A stretch of 64,000 bases of DNA from Oribacterium sinus (GTDB lineage Bacteria; Bacillota; Clostridia; Lachnospirales; Lachnospiraceae), in NCBI RefSeq assembly GCF_963537195.1, contig NZ_CAUTEG010000003.1:1890-65889 (forward strand), in the 5' to 3' direction. The translations under genes and the position numbers were made by a program. Positions 42,962-52,438 of this stretch are shown piece by piece. How positions within the stretch are numbered: the stretch's first letter is position 1; every line of letters begins with the position of its first letter. Under the pieces are notes generated by a model. That model did not search any database. It was not told where the DNA came from and worked only from the letters and a program-made list of their open reading frames with translations.

Positions 42962-45244
42962 CTATTCCTCTGAAAATGGATTTCCTCCCTCCATAGAAAA
43001 AGCGGCGGAAAAGCTTTCTCCGATATCCTGTAATTGTTTCGCCAAACCGGAGTAGCGTTTCAGTTCCTGCTCGTTATGAAGCATTTCCAGAAAGACCTTG
43101 GGATGCCCCAAAAGGCAGACACAGGACTTAGCTCTGGTAATGGCGGTGTAAAGAATATTTCTGGTCATCAGCATTTTCGGTCCCGGGTACATGGGAAGCA
43201 GTACCGCCGGATATTCCGAGCCCTGGGATTTATGAATGGTAATGGCATAGGCCAGCTCCAGATTTTCCAAATCCTGAAAGTTATAGACCACCTTTCTCTC
43301 CTCAAAGAACACCGTTACCGTCTTTTGGTAGGCATTGATTTCCGTTATCTTTCCGATATCCCCGTTAAAAACACCCTCTCCACTTTCTATAGGCAGGTTA
43401 AAGTTTCCGGGAATTTCCCAAGCCAGCTGGTAGTCATTTTTAATCTGCATGACCTTGTCTCCCAGTCGGAAAATGTTGCCGCTTCCCTCATATTCCGGCT
43501 TGTTCTTTCCGGGAGGGTTCAAGCGTTCCTGTAAAAAACGATTCAGATTTTCCACTCCCAAAAGTCCCTTTTTCTGAGGGGACATTACCTGAATGGAAAG
43601 AGGCTCGGTAGAAAGATATTTGGGCAGCTTCTCCTTCATCAAAATGGCGATATTTTCCAGAATCTGCTTCGGCTCCTGCCCCCGAATAAAGAAAAAGTCC
43701 CTGGATTTCTTTCCCAGATCCGGTTCAATGCCCTGGTTGATTTTATGGGCATTGACTACAATATCCGACTCCATGGCCTGCCGGAAAATCTTCTTCAGGG
43801 AAATGGTTTTCATGCATTGAGAGGCAATAATATCCTTCAACACATTTCCCGCGCCCACGGAGGGAAGCTGTTCACTGTCCCCCACCAAAATCAAACGACA
43901 GCCCACGGGAACGGCACGAAGCAGGGCATCCATTAAATACAGATCCACCATACTCATTTCATCCACAATCAGCACATCATATTCCAGAGGGTTTTCTTCG
44001 TTTCTTTGGAACAGGGAAAAATCCCGATCCTCCTGCTCCTGATCCTCCCGGCCCATGTATTCCAAAAGCCGGTGCAGGGTTTTTGCCGGATAGTCCGTGG
44101 CTTCTCCCATTCGTTTCGCCGCTCTTCCGGTGGGGGCAGCCAAAGCAATGCTCTTTCCCTGTCCGGTAAAGATCTGTAAGATGGTTTTGATAGTAGTGGT
44201 CTTTCCCGTTCCCGGCCCTCCGGTAATCACCAAGACACCGGAGGAGGCCGCAAGGCTTACCGCCTTTCTTTGGAGAGGATCCAGGGTGATTTTTTCCCTG
44301 TCCAAAAGCTTATCTATGGCCTTTTCCCAGGAATCCACATGGGCCTCTTCCTCTTCCACATTTAACTGTAAAAGCCGGGAGGCCACCCGCATTTCCCGAT
44401 AATAGGTACTGGCCCGGTAGACATTTTCCCCCTTGACCTTCACCTTTCCTTGCAGTTGCAGCTCCAGAAGCTGCTCTTCCAAGTCCTCCAGAGGCATCTC
44501 CAAAATTCGCTCCGCCTCTCTTTTTAAAATCGAAAAAGGAAGGTAGCAATGTCCATGCCACTCTCCCTGTAAGAGGGTATAGTTGATGCCGGCTCGCATA
44601 CGGAAGGGTGATTCTTTCTCCACTCCCACCTTTTTCGCCAGCTCATCACATTTCTTAAAGCCTACTCCCTCCAGCTCCTCCGCAATACGGTAGGGATTTT
44701 CCTGTAAAACCTGCAGGGTTTCCCCTTGAAAATGCTGATAAATCTTATAGGAGAGATTTAGGCTGATGCCATAGCCCTGTAAAAGGAGGAAAATGTCCTG
44801 CTGCTCCCGCTGGCCGGAAAGGTTCGTAGCAATATCCATGGCCTTTTGCATGGAAATGCCGTGAATTTCCGCAAGGCGCTCCGGCTCCTCCTCCATAATC
44901 CGTAGGCTGTCTTCCTTAAATTTTTTTACAATTCGGGCGGCAATGGCCTTCCCGATTCCCTTAATGGCTCCCGAAGCCAAATATTGTTCAATGCCAAAAA
45001 GACTGTCCGGAACCTCCAGCTGATACTCCTCCACGCTGAACTGCTTTCCGTATACCGGATGTTCCTTCCAGCGTCCCTTGGCCTTAATCTTTTCGGACAC
45101 AGAAATATGGGAGAAGCTTCCCACCAAAGTGAACTCTTCTCCCTTATCCGTAATGCTACACACGGTGTATCCCGTTTCCTCGCTGCGAAAAACGATATGG
45201 GATACATTTCCTTCTATTTCTTCCAGACTAGAAGTCATCATCAT
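42962..45244 (-). CDS. recD2: ATP-dependent RecD-like DNA helicase
   Basis: SF1 motifs (GGPGTGKTT, VDEMSMVD, GDSEQLPSVGAG, TIHKSQGSE). Confidence 0.92.
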   Translation of the reverse strand: MMMTSSLEEIEGNVSHIVFRSEETGYTVCSITDKGEEFTLVGSFSHISVSEKIKAKGRWKEHPVYGKQFSVEEYQLEVPDSLFGIEQYLASGAIKGIGKAIAARIVKKFKEDSLRIMEEEPERLAEIHGISMQKAMDIATNLSGQREQQDIFLLLQGYGISLNLSYKIYQHFQGETLQVLQENPYRIAEELEGVGFKKCDELAKKVGVEKESPFRMRAGINYTLLQGEWHGHCYLPFSILKREAERILEMPLEDLEEQLLELQLQGKVKVKGENVYRASTYYREMRVASRLLQLNVEEEEAHVDSWEKAIDKLLDREKITLDPLQRKAVSLAASSGVLVITGGPGTGKTTTIKTILQIFTGQGKSIALAAPTGRAAKRMGEATDYPAKTLHRLLEYMGREDQEQEDRDFSLFQRNEENPLEYDVLIVDEMSMVDLYLMDALLRAVPVGCRLILVGDSEQLPSVGAGNVLKDIIASQCMKTISLKKIFRQAMESDIVVNAHKINQGIEPDLGKKSRDFFFIRGQEPKQILENIAILMKEKLPKYLSTEPLSIQVMSPQKKGLLGVENLNRFLQERLNPPGKNKPEYEGSGNIFRLGDKVMQIKNDYQLAWEIPGNFNLPIESGEGVFNGDIGKITEINAYQKTVTVFFEERKVVYNFQDLENLELAYAITIHKSQGSEYPAVLLPMYPGPKMLMTRNILYTAITRAKSCVCLLGHPKVFLEMLHNEQELKRYSGLAKQLQDIGESFSAAFSMEGGNPFSEE

Positions 45245-46229
45245 CGTTGCTTAAATCAATGGACTTTCCTGTTCCGATTGCCACCGCTGTAAGAGGATCC
45301 TCTGCCAGCATGGTGGTGATTCCGGTCTTTTCCTGCATCAGCTTATCTAAACCGTAAAGAAGGGCTCCCCCTCCGGTCATTACGATTCCGCGCTCATAGA
45401 TATCCGCCGCAAGCTCCGGCGGTGTTCTTTCCAGTACATGATGTACCGCATTGACAATCATGGTAGCCGGCTCCAGGAGGGCATCCAAAAGCTCATCAGA
45501 GCTTACTACTACCGTCTTTGGCAGAGCCGTAACCAGATTTCGTCCACGAACCTCCATGGTCACATTTTCCGGTCTCTTGCTGGCACAGCCGATATTGACC
45601 TTCATTTCCTCGGCAGTTCTTTCTCCAATAAGAAGGTTATGTTTCTTTCTCATATAGCGGAGAATGGCCTCATCAAAATCATCTCCGGCCACCTTAATGG
45701 ACTCGGAAACCACAGGGCCGCCTAGCGCAATCACCGCAATGTCGGAGGTTCCTCCGCCGATATCGATAATCATATTTCCCTGGGGCTTGTATATGTCGAT
45801 CCCTGCACCGATTGCTGCTGCCACCGGCTCCTCGATAATGCTTACCTCTCTGGCTCCTGCATGGCTGGCTGCATCCTGTACTGCCTTCTTCTCCACCTCT
45901 GTTGCTCCGCTGGGAATGCAAACGCAGATTCTGGGCTTTCTCAGGGTTCTTCTTCCTACAGCCTTATTGATAAAGTACTTCAGCATCTGCTCGGTTCTGG
46001 TGTAATTGGAAATCACGCCCTGACGAAGAGGACGGACAGCGGAAATATTGTCCGGAGTTCTTCCCAGCATAAGACGGGCATCCTCGCCAAAGGCTACCAC
46101 TTCATCATTTTCTTTATTTACCGCAATAACAGAGGGCTCTTTCAGCACGACACCTCTACCCTTTATATAAATCAGAATACTGGATGTTCCCAAGTCGATT
46201 CCGATATCATTTGAAATCAAGGAAAACAT
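45228..46229 (-). CDS. mreB: rod shape-determining protein MreB/Mbl
   Basis: Actin-fold motifs (DLGTS, DIGGGTSD, GGGALL). Start refined after GGAGGA. Confidence 0.93.
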   Translation of the reverse strand: MFSLISNDIGIDLGTSSILIYIKGRGVVLKEPSVIAVNKENDEVVAFGEDARLMLGRTPDNISAVRPLRQGVISNYTRTEQMLKYFINKAVGRRTLRKPRICVCIPSGATEVEKKAVQDAASHAGAREVSIIEEPVAAAIGAGIDIYKPQGNMIIDIGGGTSDIAVIALGGPVVSESIKVAGDDFDEAILRYMRKKHNLLIGERTAEEMKVNIGCASKRPENVTMEVRGRNLVTALPKTVVVSSDELLDALLEPATMIVNAVHHVLERTPPELAADIYERGIVMTGGGALLYGLDKLMQEKTGITTMLAEDPLTAVAIGTGKSIDLSNDDDDF

Positions 46230-46401
46230 AAATTCCTCCATAAATAGCCACAATATATCTTTTATAGTATAACGGATTGAAAAAGAAAGGGAAAGTAGTC
46301 TTAGACAGATATTTTTTTAATATTTTTGAAGTTTCTATTCCACTATTTTTCTTTTTATAGGACTAACAAAACTATACTTTTTCCCATTTCTTCTCTATAC
46401 A

Positions 46402-46806
46402 CTAAAATTCTTTTACAAATTCTGCTGCCGTCATAATCTTAGGATTTAAAATCCCGGATTCCAGAAAATCTTTATCACCTGTCAATAATATATCCACTCC
46501 TGCATGAATAGCCGCTCTAAGTATTGGTCGGTCATTCACATCTCGTATCTGGGATTCCAGCTCATTTTCCTTAATAGGAATTGATACAACCTCCAACGTT
46601 AATAATGCTAGAGATAGGAAACCCTCTAACGCCTGGATTTTATGAGGAAATTTTCTATTAAAAATACGACGCATTTCGTCAATGTTTTGTTCACAAAGTA
46701 GTCCATGATTAGGATAACTAACTGCTTTTACAAATGCTTGATAGGGAACTCCCTTGCTACTTAACGCAGCAGATATCAATATATTTGTATCAATAAGAAT
46801 TTTCAT
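46402..46806 (-). CDS. PIN-domain toxin (type II TA)
   Basis: MKILIDTNILISA plus conserved acidic residues. Overlaps the antitoxin stop. Confidence 0.85.
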   Translation of the reverse strand: MKILIDTNILISAALSSKGVPYQAFVKAVSYPNHGLLCEQNIDEMRRIFNRKFPHKIQALEGFLSLALLTLEVVSIPIKENELESQIRDVNDRPILRAAIHAGVDILLTGDKDFLESGILNPKIMTAAEFVKEF

Positions 46807-47078
46807 TATTCTACACTTTCTGCACGAACATCTTTTACAAGATCCATAATAGCCTCATCTGTAGATAAATCAGTATTTTCAGCTTCTCCTTCCATTTGAG
46901 CCTGGAGTATCTGCATAGCATAAACTGCAGAATTAATAAGTCTTACGCTTCCATTTTCCACAACAAATGTAATTCTATCACCGCAAGAAACCCCTAAAAT
47001 TTCTCTAATATCCTTTGGAATTGTTACTTGTCCTTTTGCCATAACCTTTGCATTATCAATAAAAGTTTGATTCATCAT
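46806..47078 (-). CDS. AbrB/MazE/SpoVT-family antitoxin
   Basis: KGQVTIPKDIREILGV looped-hinge helix motif. Start refined to MMNQ after GGGGGTG. Confidence 0.78.
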   Translation of the reverse strand: MMNQTFIDNAKVMAKGQVTIPKDIREILGVSCGDRITFVVENGSVRLINSAVYAMQILQAQMEGEAENTDLSTDEAIMDLVKDVRAESVE

Positions 47079-47149
47079 CAAAAGCACCCCCATTATTTCA
47101 TAAATATAGTTCTAAATCTAAATATACTTTTTTATACTTAATTCCTTCT

Positions 47150-47197
47150 TTCAATATAATAGAAAGTAGGGAAATCCCTACTTTCTATTATATTGAA
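47150..47197. promoter_or_regulatory. perfect 22-bp-arm palindrome (operator or terminator)
   Basis: TTCAATATAATAGAAAGTAGGG-AAAT-CCCTACTTTCTATTATATTGAA, between the NUDIX stop and the AbrB-PIN start. Confidence 0.7.
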
Positions 47198-47235
47198 TAT
47201 TTTCTATTTGGCAAATGTTTTGTAATTTTAAATAG

Positions 47236-47769
47236 CTAATGTATTGAAAGCATTTTCTTGACCTCTTTCAAAACCGGAACTTCCCTTTGGGCAATCAGCC
47301 TTCCCAGCTTTGTATTACTGCATTTTTCATATTCCTTTATGGCTTCTTCATAGCTTAGCTTCAAGGTTTCCATGTGAAAGTCTCGGATTTCATAGGGCAT
47401 CAAATTCTTTTCCCCAAAGGCACGGACTTTACACAAAAAATAATGGTTAATGTTGTGCCGATGAACATGGTTGTAATAATCACTGACTATCCCAATTTCT
47501 TGGAGGATTTCCACCTCGGCACCCAGCTCTTCCTTTAGCTCTCTTTTGATAGCCGTCTCTAAGCTTTCTCCCTTTTCCACTCCGCCACCGGAAGTTTCAA
47601 TCAAGGTGGCTTTTCCGAAAGAATCATCCCTATGAATTCTCACAAAATAGAAATTCTTCTCTTCATCAAAAACAATGCCCCGGGCAATCTCTCTGTCATG
47701 GTCAATATATTCAAAGGGAAATTCCCTATCCTGTAGCCTTAGGTTCAATTTACTTTCCTTAGATATCAT
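47236..47769 (-). CDS. NUDIX hydrolase
   Basis: Nudix box GGGVEKGESLETAIKRELKEELGA. The ATG overlaps the RelE stop. Confidence 0.88.
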   Translation of the reverse strand: MISKESKLNLRLQDREFPFEYIDHDREIARGIVFDEEKNFYFVRIHRDDSFGKATLIETSGGGVEKGESLETAIKRELKEELGAEVEILQEIGIVSDYYNHVHRHNINHYFLCKVRAFGEKNLMPYEIRDFHMETLKLSYEEAIKEYEKCSNTKLGRLIAQREVPVLKEVKKMLSIH

Positions 47770-48034
47770 TTTGATAAATATCCCTCCTATGCCCTATCCC
47801 CAATACCAGAACAATTACTTTATCCTCCTGAATTTCCGCAATGATTCTATAATCCCCTACTCTATATCTCCATTGTCCGCTTCTATTAGCTGTTAAGCCC
47901 TTTCCATGTTTCCTGGGATCTTCACAGCCTTCTAAGTTCTTTCTAAGCCAAGCAACAATAAGAGAAGCTGTGTACTTATCCAGCTTTTTCATCTGCTTTA
48001 ATGCCTTATCGGAAAACACAACCCTAAAACTCAT
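47759..48034 (-). CDS. relE: RelE/ParE-family type II toxin
   Basis: 91 aa, ...WRYRVGDYRIIAEIQEDKVIVLVLGIGHRRDIY. Confidence 0.88.
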   Translation of the reverse strand: MSFRVVFSDKALKQMKKLDKYTASLIVAWLRKNLEGCEDPRKHGKGLTANRSGQWRYRVGDYRIIAEIQEDKVIVLVLGIGHRRDIYQNDI

Positions 48035-48252
48035 CCTAAGCCCAGCTCTTTCTCCACCTCATCAAGAGTATAGGTAATAGGATTTTCCCTATATTCTGCT
48101 ATGGCCTCTTTATAGGCCTGTAAATCATATTCCTCTTCAATATGTTCAAGAACTGAGCGTCTAAGCAATTCCGAAACACTAATTCCATTCATTTCCGCAT
48201 ATTTTTTGAAAAGCATAGAGTCTGCTTCATTTAACCTTAAAGAAATCGTCAT
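48031..48252 (-). CDS. ribbon-helix-helix antitoxin (RelB/DUF6290-like)
   Basis: 73 aa with an ISLRLNEAD beta-strand start. ATGA overlap with relE. Confidence 0.75.
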   Translation of the reverse strand: MTISLRLNEADSMLFKKYAEMNGISVSELLRRSVLEHIEEEYDLQAYKEAIAEYRENPITYTLDEVEKELGLG

Positions 48253-48273
48253 CCCATCTCTCCTTTCATGTGT

Positions 48274-48286
48274 AATACATTGTATT
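48274..48286. promoter_or_regulatory. 13-bp palindrome AATACATTGTATT (candidate TA operator)
   Basis: Lies about 20 bp upstream of the antitoxin start codon. Confidence 0.35.
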
Positions 48287-48375
48287 ATATATTGGATAAT
48301 ACGTCAATTTCCACTTCTTGCTTTCCAAGAGAAAATATGGCAAGATTTTACATAGAAAAATTAGGGGGTATAAAG

Positions 48376-49275
48376 ATGGCAAAGCTTGTAGATTCCAAAG
48401 AGACCATTGCGGTATTGCAAAGGACGAACTTCCAGTTCAAGAAGCAATTCGGTCAGAATTTTTTAATTGATGCATCCGTATTGGATCATATTATTTCTCA
48501 TGCCAAGATTCAGAAAGAGGATTTGGTGATTGAGATCGGTCCCGGAATCGGAACCTTAACGGAATCCCTTTGTGAGCATGCAGGACAGGTGATTGCCATT
48601 GAAATTGATGATAAGCTGATTCCTATTTTAGAGGAGAATCTTGCCGGCAAGGAGAATTTCCGCCTCCTACATCAGGATGTTTTGAAGGTGGACTTTACGG
48701 AGCTACTAAAGGAGTATCCAAGCTTTTCCTCCGTTAAGGTTGTGGCGAATCTTCCCTATTATATTACCACCCCCATTTTACTCTCCTTGCTGGAAAAGAA
48801 ACTTCCCCTAAGCTCCATCACCGTCATGGTACAAAAGGAGGTGGCGGAGAGAATGCAGGCTGGTCCCGGTACCAAGGACTACGGCGCTTTATCTCTTGCG
48901 GTGCAGTACTATAGTAAGCCGGAGATTGTGCAGGAGGTTCCCCCTCACTGCTTTATTCCTCGTCCAAAGGTAAGCTCTATGGTGATTCACCTCTCCATTT
49001 ACAAGGAATCCCCTGTCGAATGTGAAAATCCGGAGTATCTCTTTAAGACCATTAAGGCTTCCTTTATGCAAAGACGGAAGACTTTGGTGAACGCCCTGTC
49101 CGCCGGTCTTTCCCTGGATAAGGAAGTAATTAAAAGCGTACTCTCCGCCCTTTCCTATCCGGAAAATGTAAGAGGAGAGACTCTTAGCTTGGATGAGTTT
49201 GCGGAAATCAGTGATAACCTGGACCCGGAGTGGAGGGAAAAACAAAAGTCCGTATTTTGCAGGTTTTGCGAGTAA
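48376..49275 (+). CDS. rsmA: 16S rRNA (adenine1518/1519-N6)-dimethyltransferase
   Basis: KKQFGQNFL, EIGPGIGTLT and NLPYYITTPIL motifs. Start refined to MAKLVDSK. Confidence 0.93.
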   Translation: MAKLVDSKETIAVLQRTNFQFKKQFGQNFLIDASVLDHIISHAKIQKEDLVIEIGPGIGTLTESLCEHAGQVIAIEIDDKLIPILEENLAGKENFRLLHQDVLKVDFTELLKEYPSFSSVKVVANLPYYITTPILLSLLEKKLPLSSITVMVQKEVAERMQAGPGTKDYGALSLAVQYYSKPEIVQEVPPHCFIPRPKVSSMVIHLSIYKESPVECENPEYLFKTIKASFMQRRKTLVNALSAGLSLDKEVIKSVLSALSYPENVRGETLSLDEFAEISDNLDPEWREKQKSVFCRFCE

Positions 49276-49280
49276 GTAAG

Positions 49281-49661
49281 AAGGAGCTATAAAATCAAAA
49301 AAATTTTCTAAGCAATATAGGTCTGAATTGGGGCATGCTCTCGCTAGCCTCGCCTTCGCAGTACAGGACTGTAGAATGATAAAAGGCTACGCTTCGAAGC
49401 TGTATGGATATGAAATCGGGCACGCTCCCGCTAACCTCGCCACGTAGCGGATACTAAGCGAAAAACACAGTACCTGTGTTTTCGCAAGTACCGACGGGCT
49501 CAGATTGCCCTTATTATAGCCCCACACTGTATCATTCGATTCAATTATTGATTTTACAGTCCTTCACTTCGCCGGCCTTTCGCAAGTATCAGGCTCAGAC
49601 TACCCCATATTCAGACCTATATTGCCGAAAATTCTTTACTATTTTGATTTTACAGCTCCTT
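49281..49661. repeat. composite (nested) rod-like hairpin repeat, units E and F
   Basis: Outer arms 49281-49300 / 49642-49661 (1 mismatch). Second arms 49312-49328 / 49609-49625 are perfect. The inner core with its flanks spans 49401-49533. Confidence 0.85.
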
Positions 49662-49704
49662 TTTTCATCCTACCCATTCAAAATAGTTTTTCGCAAAGAG
49701 ATAT

Positions 49705-49915
49705 AAAAGGGGTTGTAAAACAAAAGAACAGCGTATATGCATAATAGGTCTGAAAGCGGGGTAATCTGAGCCCGCGGGTACTTGCGAAAAACAAATGTAA
49801 TGCTGTTTTTCGCTTAGTACCCCTGCGATGGCGAAGTTAGCGAGAGCGTGCTCCGGTTTTAGACCTATTAATGCATATACGAAAGCTTGACTATTTTGAT
49901 TTTCACAGCCCTTTT
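49705..49915. repeat. rod-like hairpin repeat, unit H
   Basis: Arms 49732-49751 / 49861-49881. Outer imperfect arms 49705-49725 / 49894-49915. Forward-orientation core boxes. Confidence 0.85.
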
Positions 49916-49919
49916 AGAT

Positions 49920-52412
49920 CTACTTCTTCAAATATCCGTAAAAAGCATTATGCACCTTCTCATATCTGGCGATAGCTTCTTCTCTACTGATGTTTCTGGG
50001 TATGCTGCTTCCTCCTAGGGTATATACCGTAATAAAGCTATTGTTGTAGCCGCTGATTAACTCCCATTGATCCTCCATACGAATCATCAGAGGATAGCCC
50101 TTGCCCACATAGTAGAGGGCAGCGTGCAGATCCATACCATAAAGATTTAGAAGCACGCCGTTATCATAGTCCATAGCTCTTCGAAGCTCCGGGATTTGGG
50201 AAACAAAATTGCTGATTGCCTCTTCCTGAATCTTCAGGTTAGCGGTATTGGGACGGTCTGTTCTATTCCAAACAATCCGCTCCTTCTGATCCACCACATA
50301 ACCGAACTGGTCATAAATCTTCTTATAGGCCGCCTCCATGGTGGAGAACTCTCCCTGATAATGCCCCAGGCTATAGGCGGAGAAAAGTATATTCTCTTCC
50401 TTGGTTTCTCCCGGAAGCTCAATAGAGCCTGCCTTTTCAATAGAGAACTTTTCCGGGTAATGCAGACTAAACTGGCTAACCGCCTTACCTACCATGGGAA
50501 GGTACTGCAGTTTTCCGATATTTCCCAGAACCTTGGATTCCAAGGCAATCTTTCTTTCATCTTTGATTTCTTTGTTGGAAAGCAAACTGTCCTTCCCCAC
50601 ATACTGATATTCCCCGTCCTGCAGCTGGTATTCATCAAATCGAAGCTGATTTCCTTCCAGACTGAAATTTGCAAAATACAGGCCATCCTTTTTGTAGGAA
50701 AGCTTGGTTTTCATGTCTTCCCCAACTATGCGAATCTCCGATACCGGCACTTCTCCCTGAGGATTCCAAATCTGATCCTTATCACTATCCTGTAAGCCGT
50801 AGAGGAAATCCTCCCCCAGAAAGCCGATTACCTTCAGTCGTTTTCCATCTTCGGAAATGCTCAAATTCTTATCTCCGTGGAGATTTCTAAAGGCAATTTC
50901 TCTGTGCAATTCTCCGTCATTGTTCTTTTCTCCGTAAGCAATAAATTGCTTACTGCTACTGGAGGCAAAATCATTTTCCGAAAGTCCGGTAGCCAGCGTA
51001 ATGACCTCGAAGCTGTTGGTGTCCACCCCATAGATACTGCCGGCAAAGAAAATGTAGAACATCCTATTGTCCGCATAGTAGGAAAGATTTTGAATATTTT
51101 CCTCCAGCTTTTCCTTACTGGCCTTTAGAGGCAGGAAGAAATTCTCCACCACCGTATTTTCCGAATTGTCATAGGTATAAAAGACAATGCCGGTATAGCC
51201 CTCGTGTCGACCTCTTCGAATATAGCCGTATACCAGAAAATCCACATCCCCGTTGGTGTCCACACTCAAAATATGAATGCCGTGGGTAAAGCTCTCCTTC
51301 TCCACCGACTTCTCCCCCTCGTAATAGGAGAAAATCCGGTTCATATTGCCCTTTCCCTCCCCGTCGGCACGGTAAAGGGTATTCTTATCGGTAAAGGCAT
51401 AGAAATTTTTAGTAGCGGATTGCAGGGCCTCAATATCGCTCTTTTCCCCCACACCCAGTAAAATCTTTTTATCCTTGTAACGATAATTCTGTCCGTCAAA
51501 AAGCTCCTTGGTTCTTCGGTCAAAGTCCATCAGGAAAATTCTTTGGGGATCATATCGCATCACATAGTTATCTTCATTAAAGAAACGGTGCACATTACCG
51601 TCCTGATCCGTGGCTCTGGAGGCATACTGGATTTGCACTAATGCCATGGTACCGTCCAGCTCCTTCAAACGAATCTCCGGCTCCCCGTCCATTTCCATGC
51701 CGCTGTCTCCCCAGGTTATCTGCTGGAAGGAGGAATGCAGATTCACATGGGCAAGAGAACTGTTATCCATGGTATCATCACTTTCCAGATAAGTGCTAAG
51801 GCTCTTGGCCTCCGATTTGGAAAAGCTCTTTCTGGTAAAATCCTCCGCAAGACTCAGAACTTCCTGTCCCATATCCTCCTTCCCCAGTAAAACGCGGGTA
51901 TAGTAATAGACGCTGCTTTCTCCCAGGTCCAGTCGTAGACGAAGAAGGTACTCCTTTCCTTCCTTCATCAAGTTTTGGATAGGAAGGATAATGTGTACCC
52001 TTCCCCCTTCCTCCTGTAAGCTTCCTTCCTGGTCCTTTTCCAAAAGCTCCGTCCCATCCAGGGAACGAATATCATAATGCACAGACTTAGGGGCGGACTT
52101 TCCCTCCTCCAAAATCAACTCACACTGCCGGTTTTCCGGAAGTAAGGTCAGGCTGTCCCGCACAAAGACATCATCCATTTCCTGCAAATAGCCGTAGAGA
52201 GGATTGATTTCTTTTCCGGAGGAAAGCACATGAAGCACCGGTAATTTGCTTTTTCCCATGTTGGCATAAATTCTATTGTTTTGATCCATGGAACGATAAG
52301 AATGGAAGAAATAAAAAAGCAGAGCGACAAAAAAAATGCCGCCCAATACCAAAGCTCTGCTTCTTCTTTTATTCCAAAACTTCTGTTTACTTTCGCCTAG
52401 TCGTTTTAACAA
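49920..52412 (-). CDS. large membrane-anchored hypothetical protein (830 aa)
   Basis: One N-terminal TM segment and a long extracytoplasmic region. No family recognised. Confidence 0.7.
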   Translation of the reverse strand: MLKRLGESKQKFWNKRRSRALVLGGIFFVALLFYFFHSYRSMDQNNRIYANMGKSKLPVLHVLSSGKEINPLYGYLQEMDDVFVRDSLTLLPENRQCELILEEGKSAPKSVHYDIRSLDGTELLEKDQEGSLQEEGGRVHIILPIQNLMKEGKEYLLRLRLDLGESSVYYYTRVLLGKEDMGQEVLSLAEDFTRKSFSKSEAKSLSTYLESDDTMDNSSLAHVNLHSSFQQITWGDSGMEMDGEPEIRLKELDGTMALVQIQYASRATDQDGNVHRFFNEDNYVMRYDPQRIFLMDFDRRTKELFDGQNYRYKDKKILLGVGEKSDIEALQSATKNFYAFTDKNTLYRADGEGKGNMNRIFSYYEGEKSVEKESFTHGIHILSVDTNGDVDFLVYGYIRRGRHEGYTGIVFYTYDNSENTVVENFFLPLKASKEKLEENIQNLSYYADNRMFYIFFAGSIYGVDTNSFEVITLATGLSENDFASSSSKQFIAYGEKNNDGELHREIAFRNLHGDKNLSISEDGKRLKVIGFLGEDFLYGLQDSDKDQIWNPQGEVPVSEIRIVGEDMKTKLSYKKDGLYFANFSLEGNQLRFDEYQLQDGEYQYVGKDSLLSNKEIKDERKIALESKVLGNIGKLQYLPMVGKAVSQFSLHYPEKFSIEKAGSIELPGETKEENILFSAYSLGHYQGEFSTMEAAYKKIYDQFGYVVDQKERIVWNRTDRPNTANLKIQEEAISNFVSQIPELRRAMDYDNGVLLNLYGMDLHAALYYVGKGYPLMIRMEDQWELISGYNNSFITVYTLGGSSIPRNISREEAIARYEKVHNAFYGYLKK

Positions 52413-52438
52413 AGTTTAACCCTTCTTCCTAATCCGGT

